Numbered from the stretch's first letter, positions 38,038 to 47,652 are shown. The stretch is DNA of 64,000 nt from Pseudomonadota bacterium (GCA_021792755.1 JAJYUA010000013.1:12624-76623), one strand, 5' to 3'. Program-made: numbers and translations. Notes: generated by a model from the letters alone, not told the origin.

Positions 38038-38469
38038 TCACGAAACTTGACGCAGTTCCGGCCGCGACGGCCCGTGCAGGCGCCGCACCAGCTCCGCCTC
38101 CGCCCGCGTGAGGCCGCAGCCGCAGATCAGCTCCTCGCTGCTCGCCCCGCCGCGCGCCAGCCGGATCGCGATCTGGTAGCCGGGCGAGGCGCCTGCGGAA
38201 GGGGCGGCGAGCGTCGTCGGATGCTCGATCCGCTCCGCGAGCTGCGTCACGGAATGGGCGGTGGCCTGCAGGGTGCTTCTGATGCCGGCGAGCTCATCGA
38301 GCAGCAGCCGGCCCTGGCAGAGCACCTGCTCGGTCTGGGCGCGTGTGGCGCGCCGCCACGCGGTGAAGGTCGTGGCGGCGAGGGCGAACGAGAAGACCAG
38401 GAACACCGCCCGCCCCAGGATGAGCAGGAAATCGATGTTCGACACATTCATGAGATTCGCGGCGGCCAT
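38038..38469 (-). CDS. DUF2802-family membrane protein (flagellar-cluster associated)
   Basis: The ORF was trimmed to the ATG at 38469, which has an AGGAGG Shine-Dalgarno 8 nt upstream. One TM segment (..IDFLLILGRAVFLVFSFALAATTF..). The C-terminus ..GASSEELICGCGLTRAEAELVRRL matches my memory of DUF2802. Confidence 0.65.
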   Translation of the reverse strand: MAAANLMNVSNIDFLLILGRAVFLVFSFALAATTFTAWRRATRAQTEQVLCQGRLLLDELAGIRSTLQATAHSVTQLAERIEHPTTLAAPSAGASPGYQIAIRLARGGASSEELICGCGLTRAEAELVRRLHGPSRPELRQVS

Positions 38470-38565
38470 GGGGCGGCCTCCTGTGATGTCGGTCACACAA
38501 CGAGCGGCCGCGGCGGGCGTCGGCGACGGTTTCCCGGCGCGGCGGCATCGATCCAACAGGGAAGG

Positions 38566-38581
38566 TGCAGAAACCGTGCCA
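38566..38581 (-). promoter_or_regulatory. sigma54 promoter in the motD-DUF2802 intergenic region
   Basis: The minus strand reads TGGCACGGTTTCTGCA (TGGCAC-N5-CTGCA, GG-N10-GC exact). It is correctly oriented. The predicted transcription start is about 86 nt upstream of the DUF2802 ATG. Confidence 0.55.
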
Positions 38582-38694
38582 GGGAGCCGGGAGCGGCCAG
38601 CCCGGATGAGGCGAGCGGCCGCCGGATCACCCTGCGGTGCTGCGGTCGCGCTCCGGCCCCGCAGTGCCTCCCCCAGCCCGCCTGCTCGGGTTGC

Positions 38695-39546
38695 CTACTG
38701 GCCGGCGCCGGGAACCCAGGCCGGATCGGCGTGGCGGGCGAGCTTGGTCGAGAGGATGAGCACGACCACCCGGCGGTTGGCCCGCCGGCCCGCGGCGGTG
38801 GCGTTGCTCGCGATCGGGCGTTGAGCGCCGAAGCCGATGACCGCCAGGCGCCCGGGCGCGACTCCCCGGCTCTGCAGCACGTGCACGACGCTGCCGGCCC
38901 GGGCGGCCGACAGCTCCCAGTTGGAGTGAAACTGCATGGTCCGGATCGGCACGTTGTCGGTGAAGCCCTCCACCCGCACGGGGTTGGGAAATCCCACCAG
39001 CACCGCGGCGAGCTTGCGGATGGCGGTGAGGGCATTGCCCGAGAGCCGCGCGCTGCCGCTCGGGAACAGGATGTCGCTGCGGAACCGCACCTCGATCCGG
39101 CCGGGCTTGCGCTGCACCACGACTTGGCGGTCGCTGATGAGCTGCGCCAACGCCCGATCGACGTTGGCGGCCACACGCGGCAGCATGGCATCGCCGGCGC
39201 CGGCCGCGGGGATGGCGGCGGCGGGTTTGGCGGGCAGGACCGGCAGCGGCGTCAGGTACGCCCTGGGCTGGTTCTTGAGCATCTGCTGACGGACGATGCT
39301 GATGCGGAGGTCGGCGCCCGACCCGAGCCGCTTGTGCCCGACCTCGACCGGATCGAGGGTGCGCGGCTGGCCGCGGAAGGCGGCGTACAGGGAGTTTGAC
39401 AGCACGCGGTATTTGCCCGCGTTGACCGAGGAGATCGAGTACATCACCACGAAGAACGCGAGCAGCAGCGTGAGCAGATCCCCGTACGGGATCGCCCAGC
39501 GCTCGTGGTTCATGTGCTCTTCGGGTTGTCTGCGGATTCTGCGCAT
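38695..39546 (-). CDS. motD: Flagellar stator protein, MotB/MotD family (OmpA-like C-terminus)
   Basis: The track ORF over-extends. I use the ATG at 39546: MRRIRRQPEEHMNHERWAIPYGDLLTLLLAFFVVMY.. and ..RVEGFTDNVPI....SNWELSAARAGSVV..L. Confidence 0.9.
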   Translation of the reverse strand: MRRIRRQPEEHMNHERWAIPYGDLLTLLLAFFVVMYSISSVNAGKYRVLSNSLYAAFRGQPRTLDPVEVGHKRLGSGADLRISIVRQQMLKNQPRAYLTPLPVLPAKPAAAIPAAGAGDAMLPRVAANVDRALAQLISDRQVVVQRKPGRIEVRFRSDILFPSGSARLSGNALTAIRKLAAVLVGFPNPVRVEGFTDNVPIRTMQFHSNWELSAARAGSVVHVLQSRGVAPGRLAVIGFGAQRPIASNATAAGRRANRRVVVLILSTKLARHADPAWVPGAGQ

Positions 39547-39554
39547 CGCGCCCC

Positions 39555-40295
39555 CTAGTGCAGGTAGCCCTGCAGTCTCGATTCTATGGAGCGGGGGTTC
39601 TCGCCCTGGGCGATCGCCATCATTCCGTCGATGATCAACTCGCGGAACTGGGTCTGGCGGTGGATGATGCCCTTGAGCTTGGCGGAGACCGGCAGGAAGA
39701 ACAGATTGGCGAAGCTGATGCCGTACACGGTGGCCGTGAAGGCGGCGGCGATGCCGTGGCCGAGCTGGGTCGGATCGGCGAGGTTCTGCAGCACCGCCAT
39801 CAACCCGAGCACCGCGCCGATGATGCCGAGCGTCGGGGAGTAGGTGCCGGCGCTCTCGAACACTCTCGCGGCTGTGATGTCGGCGTGCTCGCGCATGTTC
39901 ATGTCGACGGCGAGCGTATTGCTGATGTGCTCCGGCTCGTGGCCGTCGACCACCAGCTGCAGCGCCTTTCTGGTGAACTCGTCGTGCTCGCCGTCGATCA
40001 GCGGCTCGAGGCCGAGCAGCCCGCGCTTGCGCGCGGTGTTGCTCCACTCGATGATCTTGGCGATCAGGTGCCGGCCGTCGCGCGGCGGCGGCCGGAGGAC
40101 CCAGGGGAAAAGTCCGAGCGCGCGGCGCATCACAGGCAGGGGCGTCTGCACGCAGACCGCGGCGATCGTTCCTCCGCCGACGACCACGAACGCCTCGAAC
40201 GAGATCAGTGCCATGACGCCCGCGCCGCGCAACATCGCCCCGACCAGCACGGCGTTGACCGCGAGCACCATTCCGATGATGCTCAGGATGTCCAT
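39555..40295 (-). CDS. motC: Flagellar stator protein, MotA/MotC/PomA family
   Basis: 246 aa, four TM segments. ..TYSPTLGIIGAVLGLM.. and ..GIAAAFTATVYGISFANLFFLP... Its size and its position after cheYZ match the Pseudomonas motCD arrangement. Confidence 0.9.
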   Translation of the reverse strand: MDILSIIGMVLAVNAVLVGAMLRGAGVMALISFEAFVVVGGGTIAAVCVQTPLPVMRRALGLFPWVLRPPPRDGRHLIAKIIEWSNTARKRGLLGLEPLIDGEHDEFTRKALQLVVDGHEPEHISNTLAVDMNMREHADITAARVFESAGTYSPTLGIIGAVLGLMAVLQNLADPTQLGHGIAAAFTATVYGISFANLFFLPVSAKLKGIIHRQTQFRELIIDGMMAIAQGENPRSIESRLQGYLH

Positions 40296-40298
40296 CAG

Positions 40299-41060
40299 TT
40301 ACATGCCGAGGCCCGACAGCAGCGCATCCACGTCGGTCTGGGCGGAAGCAACCTCGCCCTGGGTGACCCCGGGGACCACCGGCCCGTGTCCGCTGCCCGG
40401 ATTCTCGCCCAGGCTGGCGTGCTCGACCAGGCCTCCGGAGAGGCGCGTGAGGTTGCCGAGCGCATTCTCGAGCTCCCCGACCAGCTTGATGACGCTGCGG
40501 ATGATCTGCCCGGTGAGATCCTGATAGCCCTGGGCGAGCAGCACCTCGGCGAGGTTGCGGCGGATCTGCTCGGAGTCGGCGCGCACCGACGGCAGGAACG
40601 CCTCGAGCGCGCGCACCACCGGCAGGAACGCCTCCACGGAGCGGGCAATCCCTTCGAAGCCGCTGCCGGGGACGCGCTCGCGGAAGGCGGCGAGCGCATC
40701 GAGCAGCACGCCCGCTTCGCGCGCGGTGCGCTCGGCGAGCGGCCCGGACCGTTCGACCAGATCGAGCGTGCGGTGCGCGGCTTCGTCGGTCATGTTGATG
40801 ACATGGGTCAGGCGCGCGCGGGCATTGGGGATTTCGTGCTCGGCGATGTCCGCGAGGCGCGACTCTATGCTGAAGCGGTCGAGCGCCTTTTGCAGATCGC
40901 CGGTGAGCTTGCGGATCTCGGCGAGCATCTTCGGCTCGCGCATGTGCACGATGTGGTCGATCGCGGCGAAGAACCCGGACTCGTCGTCGTGGTCGAGGGC
41001 CTCGCTCAAGGCCTCGACGTAGGCGCCGTACTCGCCCTTCAAGATTGAGAAATTCGACAT
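40299..41060 (-). CDS. cheZ: CheY-P phosphatase CheZ
   Basis: The ORF was trimmed to the ATG at 41060. Active-site region ..LAQGYQDLTGQIIRSV... CheY-docking tail ..QTDVDALLSGLGM. Confidence 0.92.
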   Translation of the reverse strand: MSNFSILKGEYGAYVEALSEALDHDDESGFFAAIDHIVHMREPKMLAEIRKLTGDLQKALDRFSIESRLADIAEHEIPNARARLTHVINMTDEAAHRTLDLVERSGPLAERTAREAGVLLDALAAFRERVPGSGFEGIARSVEAFLPVVRALEAFLPSVRADSEQIRRNLAEVLLAQGYQDLTGQIIRSVIKLVGELENALGNLTRLSGGLVEHASLGENPGSGHGPVVPGVTQGEVASAQTDVDALLSGLGM

Positions 41061-41067
41061 CAGGGCC

Positions 41068-41451
41068 TCACTTTCCGGCGCCGAGAATTTTGTCGAGCTT
41101 TTCCTTGAGCGTCTCGGCCGTGAACGGTTTGATGACATAACCGTTGACACCCGCCTGGGCCGCCTCGATGATCTGCTCGCGCTTGGCCTCGGCGGTCAGC
41201 ATCAACACCGGCATCTTGGCGAGTTTCGCGTCGGCCCTGACCGCCTTGATCAGATCGAGTCCGGGCATGCCGGGCATGTTCCAGTCGGTGATCAGCAAAT
41301 CGAAGCTCCCGGCCTGCAGCATCGGCAGCGCCGTCTTGCCATCGTCGGCCTCGGTGACGTTCGAGTAGCCGAGGTCGTGCAGCAGGTTCTTGATGATGCG
41401 GCGCATGGTGGAGAAGTCATCGACCACCAGAAATTTCAGATCTTTACTCAC
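41068..41451 (-). CDS. cheY: Chemotaxis response regulator CheY
   Basis: GTG start at 41451, with GAGG 6 nt upstream. [54 protein letters not shown]. Confidence 0.95.
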   Translation of the reverse strand: MSKDLKFLVVDDFSTMRRIIKNLLHDLGYSNVTEADDGKTALPMLQAGSFDLLITDWNMPGMPGLDLIKAVRADAKLAKMPVLMLTAEAKREQIIEAAQAGVNGYVIKPFTAETLKEKLDKILGAGK

Positions 41452-41673
41452 TGCATGCCTCGTATGGTCTGACGCGCCGGATTGCGGCCTGCCCCGGGCC
41501 GGCGCCTTGTCGGGCAAACCACGCCGTCTTCGCCGCCGCCTGCACCGGGCCGCGCCGCCGCGGCGCGCGCAAGCCCACTGTGGTGCCGCTCCCGGCCGCC
41601 CGCGCGGCGCTGCGGGGCGGTGCTTTGCCGAACGGCACAGCCTCGCTGCGCGCCGGCGGGCCCAGGGGCGTCG

Positions 41674-42417
41674 CTACGCTTGCCGCTTGGCCGCGCCATC
41701 GAGGTCCCCGCGCCACTGCGCCAGCCGCGCCTTGAGCCGCACGAGCGCCTGCCCGTGCAGCTGGCAGGCGCGCGACTCGGTCACCTTCAGCACCGCGCCG
41801 ATCTCCTTGAGATTCAAGCCCTCGCTGTAGTACAGCGACATCACCAGTTTCTCCCTCTCGGGCAGGCCTTCGATGGCCCGCGCCAGAGCCTGTTTGAACT
41901 CCTCATCGGCGGTCTCGCGGAAAGGGTCCGCCTCGCCCTCCACGACCACCGCCGCATCGTCGAGCGCCGCCAGGCGGCAGCTCGCCGCGTCCTGCACGAT
42001 GGCGTGATATTCCTCGAGCGGCACACCCAGCCGCTCCGCGATTTCCGTATCGCGCGCGTCGCGTCCCGTGCGCCGCTCGATCTCCTGCACCGCCGCGGCC
42101 ACCGCCCGCGCCTTGCGGTGCACCGAGCGCGGCGCCCAGTCGAGCTTGCGCAGCGCGTCGATCATCGCCCCGCGGACGCGGATGCCCGCGTAGGTCTCGA
42201 AGCTCGCGCCCCGGTCGGCGGCGTAGTTCGAGGCCGCCTCGAGCAGCCCGAGCATCCCTGCCTGCATCAGATCATCGATCTCCACCGACGGCGGCAGGCG
42301 GCCCGCCAGATGGTAGGCGATGCGCTTGACGAGCTCCGCGTGCCGCGTCACGAGTTCGGTCGCATTGCCGGCCTCCCAGGGCGGGCGGGCGGTCCCGTAT
42401 GCGCTCGTGGCGTTCAT
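41674..42417 (-). CDS. fliA: Flagellar sigma factor FliA (sigma28)
   Basis: The ORF was trimmed to the ATG at 42417, which overlaps the fleN stop (ATGA). ..DDLMQAGMLGLLEAASNY...FETYAGIRVRGAMID.. and ..LNLKEIGAVLKVTESRACQLH... Confidence 0.95.
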   Translation of the reverse strand: MNATSAYGTARPPWEAGNATELVTRHAELVKRIAYHLAGRLPPSVEIDDLMQAGMLGLLEAASNYAADRGASFETYAGIRVRGAMIDALRKLDWAPRSVHRKARAVAAAVQEIERRTGRDARDTEIAERLGVPLEEYHAIVQDAASCRLAALDDAAVVVEGEADPFRETADEEFKQALARAIEGLPEREKLVMSLYYSEGLNLKEIGAVLKVTESRACQLHGQALVRLKARLAQWRGDLDGAAKRQA

Positions 42418-43292
42418 GGCACGGCCGCCAGCTGCGCGGGGTTGCGCCGCACCAGCCGCTCCACGAAGAATTCGATGTTCCCCCGCGGACCGGGCGGTAC
42501 TGGCCATGTATCGGCCACCTCCGCCAGTTTCTTGAACGCCCGGGCCGAGGGGCTTGCGGGATACAGTTCACAGACCGGACGCTGCTCGCGTACGGAGCGC
42601 TGCAGGTACTCGTCCTCGGGAACCTCGCCGGCGAACTCGAGCACCACGTCAAGAAAGCGCGTCGTGACCCGCTCGAAACGCTCGAACAGCTCGCGCCCCG
42701 CGCCGGGGCCGCGCGCGCGGTTGGCGAGCACGCGGAAGCGACTGACGCCATGGTGGCGGCTCAACACCTTGATGAGCGCGTAGCCGTCGGTGAGCGAGGC
42801 CGGCTCGTCGCAGATCACCACCAGGACGTGCTGGGCCGCCTGCGAGAACTGCTGCACGCCCTGGGCGATGCCGGCGGCGGTGTCGACGATGAGCACCTCG
42901 ATCTGCGCGGCGAGGGAGCTGAATGCGCGCACCAGCCCCAGGTGCTCGGCGGCGCCCATGCCGGCGAGGTTCGCCGCGCCGGAGGCGGCCGGCACCACCT
43001 GAAAGCCCTGGGGGGCCCGGATCAGCACCTCGTCGATGGTGCGCTCGCCCGAGATGACGTGAGCGAGCGTATAGCGCGGCGAGAGGCCGAGAAACACGTC
43101 GGCGTTGGCGAGTCCGAGGTCCCCGTCGAGCAGCACCACCCGCTTGCGTGCGGCGAGCGCCGTGGCGAGGTTGACCGAGACGCTCGTCTTGCCGACCCCT
43201 CCCTTGCCGCCGGTGACGGCGATCACCTGTACCGGCTGGGCGAGGGCCTCGAGTTTGGCGTTATTGATCAGGCTGAGGTCAGGTGTTGGCAT
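42414..43292 (-). CDS. fleN: Flagellar number regulator FleN/FlhG (MinD/ParA-type ATPase)
   Basis: 292 aa. ..VQVIAVTGGKGGVGKTSVSVNLATALA..VVLLDGDLGLANADVFLG... Confidence 0.93.
   Translation of the reverse strand: MPTPDLSLINNAKLEALAQPVQVIAVTGGKGGVGKTSVSVNLATALAARKRVVLLDGDLGLANADVFLGLSPRYTLAHVISGERTIDEVLIRAPQGFQVVPAASGAANLAGMGAAEHLGLVRAFSSLAAQIEVLIVDTAAGIAQGVQQFSQAAQHVLVVICDEPASLTDGYALIKVLSRHHGVSRFRVLANRARGPGAGRELFERFERVTTRFLDVVLEFAGEVPEDEYLQRSVREQRPVCELYPASPSARAFKKLAEVADTWPVPPGPRGNIEFFVERLVRRNPAQLAAVP
42508..42535 (-). promoter_or_regulatory. sigma28-like motif inside the fleN coding sequence, upstream of fliA
   Basis: The minus strand reads TCAAGAAA-N12-GCCGATAC. This is TCAA-N16-GCCGATAC, one nt longer than the N15 optimum. 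It lies about 90 nt upstream of the fliA ATG. Confidence 0.3.
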
Positions 43293-44412
43293 GAGAGGGC
43301 CTTCCGAATCGGCGTCGCAGGAGATCTTCGTCGGCGGCCGCGCCGCTCGCCCTGGCGAGCCGCACGGCCTGGGTGATCAGCTCGAGCGAGCGCGCCGGGC
43401 AGAGGTCCTCGGGCACCCGCTGCCCCTCGCTTACGTAGGAGACCGGCAGGCGCGCGCGGATGAGCGCCGACAGCACCCCGCCCAGGCTCGCCGCCTCATC
43501 GAGCTTGGTGAGCAGGCACGAGGCGGGTTTGAGCGGTGAGAAGCGCTTGACGGTCTCCTCGATCGCGCCGGCCTGGGTGCTGGCGGCGAGCACCAGCGCC
43601 GATTCGATCTGCGCTTCGCACTCGGCGAGCACGGCGAGCCGCGCGGTGAGCTGCGCGTCGCGTACGCTGGTGCCCGGTGTGTCGATCAGGACCAGCCGGT
43701 AACGGCCGAGGCGCGCGAGCAGCTCGGGCAGGGCCTCGAAGCGCTCCGGCACGTGCACCGGCACGCCAAGCAGCTGCCCGAGCGAGAGCATCTGGTCCTG
43801 CGCGCCGATGCGCACGGTGTCGGATGCGAGCAGCGCCAGCTCTTTCGGTCCGTGGCGCAGAATCCAGCGCACCGCGAGCTTGGCGAGCATCGTGGTCTTG
43901 CCCACCCCGGTGGCGCCGACGAAAGCGATGCGCCCGCCGTTGTCGAGCCAGCGATCGCCGGTCACCCTGAGGTATTGCGACAGTCCCGTGATGAGGGTGC
44001 GGCGGCCCTGGGAGAGATCGACCTGCGCGGGGAGTTGCCCGACCAGGTGATCGGCCAGATCCCGCGTGATGCCGATCTCGGTCAGCTCGCGCAGCAGCTC
44101 GGTGTGCACCGGATGGCGCCGGGTGCGCTCGCTCCAGGCGAGCTGCGCGAGCTGGGTCTCGAGCATGCGGCGCAGCGTCTTCAGCTCGCTGCCCATCTCC
44201 CCGGCCGCCGGCTGCGAGGGCGCCGGCGGCGCCTCGGGCGCGTGGCCGGCGGCCGCTTCGAGGCGCGCGGCGTCAAAGTCCACCGCGGCGGTGACCTCGA
44301 CACCCTGCGCGGTGCGCCGGGAGGAAAGAATGACGGCCTCATCGCCGAGCTGCTCGCGCACGGCGCGCAGCGCCTGGCGCATGTCCGCAGCGGTGTGTCG
44401 TGTGATTTTCAT
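43279..44412 (-). CDS. flhF: Flagellar placement GTPase FlhF (SRP family)
   Basis: 377 aa. MKITRHTAADMRQALRAVREQLGDEAVILS.., ..IAFVGATGVGKTTMLAKLA.. and ..IDTPG... Confidence 0.93.
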   Translation of the reverse strand: MKITRHTAADMRQALRAVREQLGDEAVILSSRRTAQGVEVTAAVDFDAARLEAAAGHAPEAPPAPSQPAAGEMGSELKTLRRMLETQLAQLAWSERTRRHPVHTELLRELTEIGITRDLADHLVGQLPAQVDLSQGRRTLITGLSQYLRVTGDRWLDNGGRIAFVGATGVGKTTMLAKLAVRWILRHGPKELALLASDTVRIGAQDQMLSLGQLLGVPVHVPERFEALPELLARLGRYRLVLIDTPGTSVRDAQLTARLAVLAECEAQIESALVLAASTQAGAIEETVKRFSPLKPASCLLTKLDEAASLGGVLSALIRARLPVSYVSEGQRVPEDLCPARSLELITQAVRLARASGAAADEDLLRRRFGRPSHANT

Positions 44413-44415
44413 GGT

Positions 44416-46515
44416 TTACCTGCCGACCGCGGCGACGACGCGGACCTTGCGGTTGTCGGGGATCTCGTTCCAGGCGAGCACGTGCAGATGCGGCAGGCCC
44501 GCGCGCAGGAACTTCGCCATCGAAGGGCGCAGCGCCGGGGGCACCAGCAGCACCGGCGCATTGCCCGCGGCCTCCTGGCGCTGCGCGGTGTCGCTCATCT
44601 GCTGCTGCAGCCGCTCGGCGAGGCCCGGCTCGAGGCCCGCGCCGGTGGCGCCGGCGCAAAGCGAGCTCTGCAGCAGCCGCTCCAGATCGGGCTCGAAGGT
44701 GATCACCGGCAGCTCGGCGGACACCCCGGCGATGTCCTGAACGATCTGTCTGCCGAGCGCGGTGCGCACCTGCGAGAGCAGCACCGCGGGGTCCTGCGAG
44801 CGCGGCGCGTGCTCGGCGAGGGTCTCCATGATGGTGCGCATGTTGCGGATGGGAATGCGCTCGCCGAGCAGGCCCTGCAGCACCCGGACCAGCACCGACA
44901 GCGGCAGCACCTTCGGCACCAGATCCTCCACGAGCTTGGGCGCGCCTTTCGCCAGGGCGTTGAGCAGCTGCTGCACCTCTTCGTGGCCGAGGATCTCGTT
45001 GGCGTGCGATTGCAGGAGGAAGGAGAGGTGTGTGGCGATCACCGTGCTCGGATCGACGACGGTGTAGCCGAGAGCCTGGGCGTGATCGCGGCTCGAGGGC
45101 TCGATCCACACCGCCTCCATGCCGAAGGCCGGATCGCGTGCGGCGATGCCCTGCAGGGGGCCGAATACGCGACCGGCGTTGATCGCCAGATCCCGGTCCG
45201 GATAGACGCTGCTCTCCCCGAGCGGTACGCCATTGAAGTTGATGCGATAGACGTTCGGGGCGAGATCGAGGTTGTCGCGGATGTGCACGGCGGGCAGCAG
45301 GAAGCCGAGCTCCTGCGAGAGCTTGCGGCGCACGCCGCGCACGCGCCCGAGAAGGTCCGCGCCCTGTCCCTTGCTGTCCACCAGCGGCACCAGCCGATAG
45401 CCGACCTCCAGGCCCACCGGATCGACCGGGCGGACATCCTCCCAGGACAACTCACGGGTTTCCGGCGCGGCGGGCGCCGGTTGCGGCGCCGGGGCGAGCC
45501 TGGCCGCCGCGCGGCGGCGGTGGATCAGCAGCGCCGCCGTGCCGCACACCGCCGCCATCAGCAGGAACGGCACATTCGGCATGCCCGGGATCAGGCCCAT
45601 CACCCCGAGCAGCCCGCCGGCGACGGCGATGGTCTTCGGATTGCCGAACAGCTGCCGGCCGAGCTCCCCGCCCATGTCCTGCGGCCGCGACATGCGCGTC
45701 ACGATGAGCGCCACCGCGGTCGAGAGCAGCAGGGCCGGGATCTGCGCCACCAGCCCGTCGCCGATGGTGAGCAGCGTGTAGGTGTGCAGCGCGGCGCTGA
45801 GGGCCATGCCGTGACCGATGGTGCCGATCGCGAGCCCGCCGATGATGTTGATGAGCAGGATCAGGATGCCGGCGATCGCATCGCCGCGAACGAACTTGCT
45901 GGCGCCGTCCATCGCTCCGTAGAAGTCGGCTTCGGCGCGCACCTCCGCCCGGCGCGTGCGCGCCTCCTCCTGGGTGATGAGGCCGGCGCCGAGGTCGGCG
46001 TCGATGGCCATCTGCTTGCCCGGCATGGCATCCAGGGTGAAGCGGGCGCTGACTTCCGAGACGCGTCCGGCGCCCTTGGTGATCACGGTGAAGTTGATGA
46101 TGGTGAGAATGATGAACACCACCACTCCGACGGCGAAGTTGCCGCCCACCACGAACTGGCCGAACGACTCGATGACCCGGCCCGCCGCGCCCACTCCGGC
46201 ATACCCGTGCAGCAGCACCACGCGGGCGGATGCGACGTTGAGCGCCAGGCGCAGCAGTGTCGCCAGCAGCAGCGCCGTAGGGAACACGCCGAACTCGATC
46301 GGCCGCGCCACGTAGAACACGCTCATCAGAACGATGATCGAGAGGGCGATGTTGAAGGTGAACAGCACATCGAGCGCCATCGGCGGCAGCGGCAGGATCA
46401 CCATGGCGAGCACGCCGAGCACGCCGGCCGGAACGCCGATGCCGATGCGCAGCAGATCCCGCAGGGACGGAAGCGGGCCGGAACGGGCGGCGGAAGGGGC
46501 GGTCGCCGTGGTCAT
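44416..46515 (-). CDS. flhA: Flagellar export apparatus protein FlhA
   Basis: 699 aa. ..FVRGDAIAGILILLINIIGGL.., ..MPGKQMAIDADL.. and a conserved cytoplasmic domain. Confidence 0.97.
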   Translation of the reverse strand: MTTATAPSAARSGPLPSLRDLLRIGIGVPAGVLGVLAMVILPLPPMALDVLFTFNIALSIIVLMSVFYVARPIEFGVFPTALLLATLLRLALNVASARVVLLHGYAGVGAAGRVIESFGQFVVGGNFAVGVVVFIILTIINFTVITKGAGRVSEVSARFTLDAMPGKQMAIDADLGAGLITQEEARTRRAEVRAEADFYGAMDGASKFVRGDAIAGILILLINIIGGLAIGTIGHGMALSAALHTYTLLTIGDGLVAQIPALLLSTAVALIVTRMSRPQDMGGELGRQLFGNPKTIAVAGGLLGVMGLIPGMPNVPFLLMAAVCGTAALLIHRRRAAARLAPAPQPAPAAPETRELSWEDVRPVDPVGLEVGYRLVPLVDSKGQGADLLGRVRGVRRKLSQELGFLLPAVHIRDNLDLAPNVYRINFNGVPLGESSVYPDRDLAINAGRVFGPLQGIAARDPAFGMEAVWIEPSSRDHAQALGYTVVDPSTVIATHLSFLLQSHANEILGHEEVQQLLNALAKGAPKLVEDLVPKVLPLSVLVRVLQGLLGERIPIRNMRTIMETLAEHAPRSQDPAVLLSQVRTALGRQIVQDIAGVSAELPVITFEPDLERLLQSSLCAGATGAGLEPGLAERLQQQMSDTAQRQEAAGNAPVLLVPPALRPSMAKFLRAGLPHLHVLAWNEIPDNRKVRVVAAVGR

Positions 46516-47648
46516 GGTCGCTGCCGTGTGGTCTCGATCGAGGGGTCGATCACGGGCGGCTCGGGCGGCGGGCCTCCGGAGACCCGTGCCGACTTCAGCC
46601 GATAGATGTAGGTGAGAACCTGTGCGACGGCGGCGTAGAGCGCCGCTGGGATCTCCGCGCCGATCTCGACATTGTGATAAAGCGCGCGCGCGAGCGGCGG
46701 GGCCTCGAAGACCGGCACCGAGTGCTCGGTGGCGATCTCGCGGATCCGGGCCGCGATGAGATCGGCGCCCTTGGCGATGACGCGCGGGGCGCGCATGCGG
46801 CTCTCCTCGTAGCGCAGCGCCACGGCGAAGTGCGTCGGGTTGGTGACGACGACGTCGGCTTTGGGTACCGCGTGCATCATGCGCCGCTTGAGCAGCTCGC
46901 GCTGTGCGCGGCGCACGCGCGAACGGTTCTCCGGCGAGCCTTCGCTGTCCCTCATTTCCTCGCGGATTTCCTGGCGCGACATGCGCAGCTGCTTGTGGTG
47001 CTGAAAGAGCTGCCAGGGCACATCGATCGCGGCGATGAGGCCCAGGGGCGCCGCCATGAGCAGCAGCGCGTGGGCGAGCAGGCCGGCGGCCTGGGCGATG
47101 GCCGCCGCGAGCGGCTCGCCGCCGAGGCTAAGGAATCTCGAGGCCTCCTCGCGCAGCACGAGCACGGCGACCCCGGCCACCAGCACGAACTTCGCGAAGG
47201 CCTTGCCGAGCTCGACGGCGCCGCGCAACGACAGCAGGCGCTTGAATCCCTCGATCGGGTTGAGGCGCGTGAAATCCGGAGCGAGCGCCTCGAAACTGAG
47301 GTTCCAGCCCCCGAGCGCGAGCGGCGCGGCGAGTGCCGCCACCACGGTGAGGCCGAATACCGGCGCACAGGCGATGAATGCGTGCAGCACGGCCGCGCCC
47401 GCGGCGGGCAGGGCGAGCTGCGGGTCGAGGGACCGATCGGTGCTCAAGGTGAGCCCCGAGCGCATCAGGCCGGCGAGCGCGGTGGCGGCCGCGGCGCCGA
47501 ACATGCGCAGCGCCCCGCCCGCAACCAGCAGCACCGCCGCGGTGCTGAGCTCCATCGAGCGTGGAACCCGGCCTTCCTTGCGCGCCTCCTCCAGGCGCTT
47601 GGCTGTCGGTTGCTCGCTGCGTTCCTGATCGTTGTCGGTCTCGGCCAT
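46512..47648 (-). CDS. flhB: Flagellar export apparatus protein FlhB
   Basis: 378 aa. ..SEQPTAKRLEEARKEGRVPRS.. and the NPTH autocleavage site (..VVVTNPTHFAVAL..). Confidence 0.97.
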   Translation of the reverse strand: MAETDNDQERSEQPTAKRLEEARKEGRVPRSMELSTAAVLLVAGGALRMFGAAAATALAGLMRSGLTLSTDRSLDPQLALPAAGAAVLHAFIACAPVFGLTVVAALAAPLALGGWNLSFEALAPDFTRLNPIEGFKRLLSLRGAVELGKAFAKFVLVAGVAVLVLREEASRFLSLGGEPLAAAIAQAAGLLAHALLLMAAPLGLIAAIDVPWQLFQHHKQLRMSRQEIREEMRDSEGSPENRSRVRRAQRELLKRRMMHAVPKADVVVTNPTHFAVALRYEESRMRAPRVIAKGADLIAARIREIATEHSVPVFEAPPLARALYHNVEIGAEIPAALYAAVAQVLTYIYRLKSARVSGGPPPEPPVIDPSIETTRQRP

Positions 47649-47652
47649 GCGC

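Noticed and set aside
41452-41673. A 222-nt fliA-cheY intergenic region, searched for sigma28, sigma54 and terminator signals.
   Set aside because: There is no TAAA/TCAA-N15-GCCGATAA match and no GG-N10-GC match with correct spacing; the near-misses are off by 2-5 nt. It contains only short GC hairpins without U-tracts. I cannot support a promoter or RNA element here.
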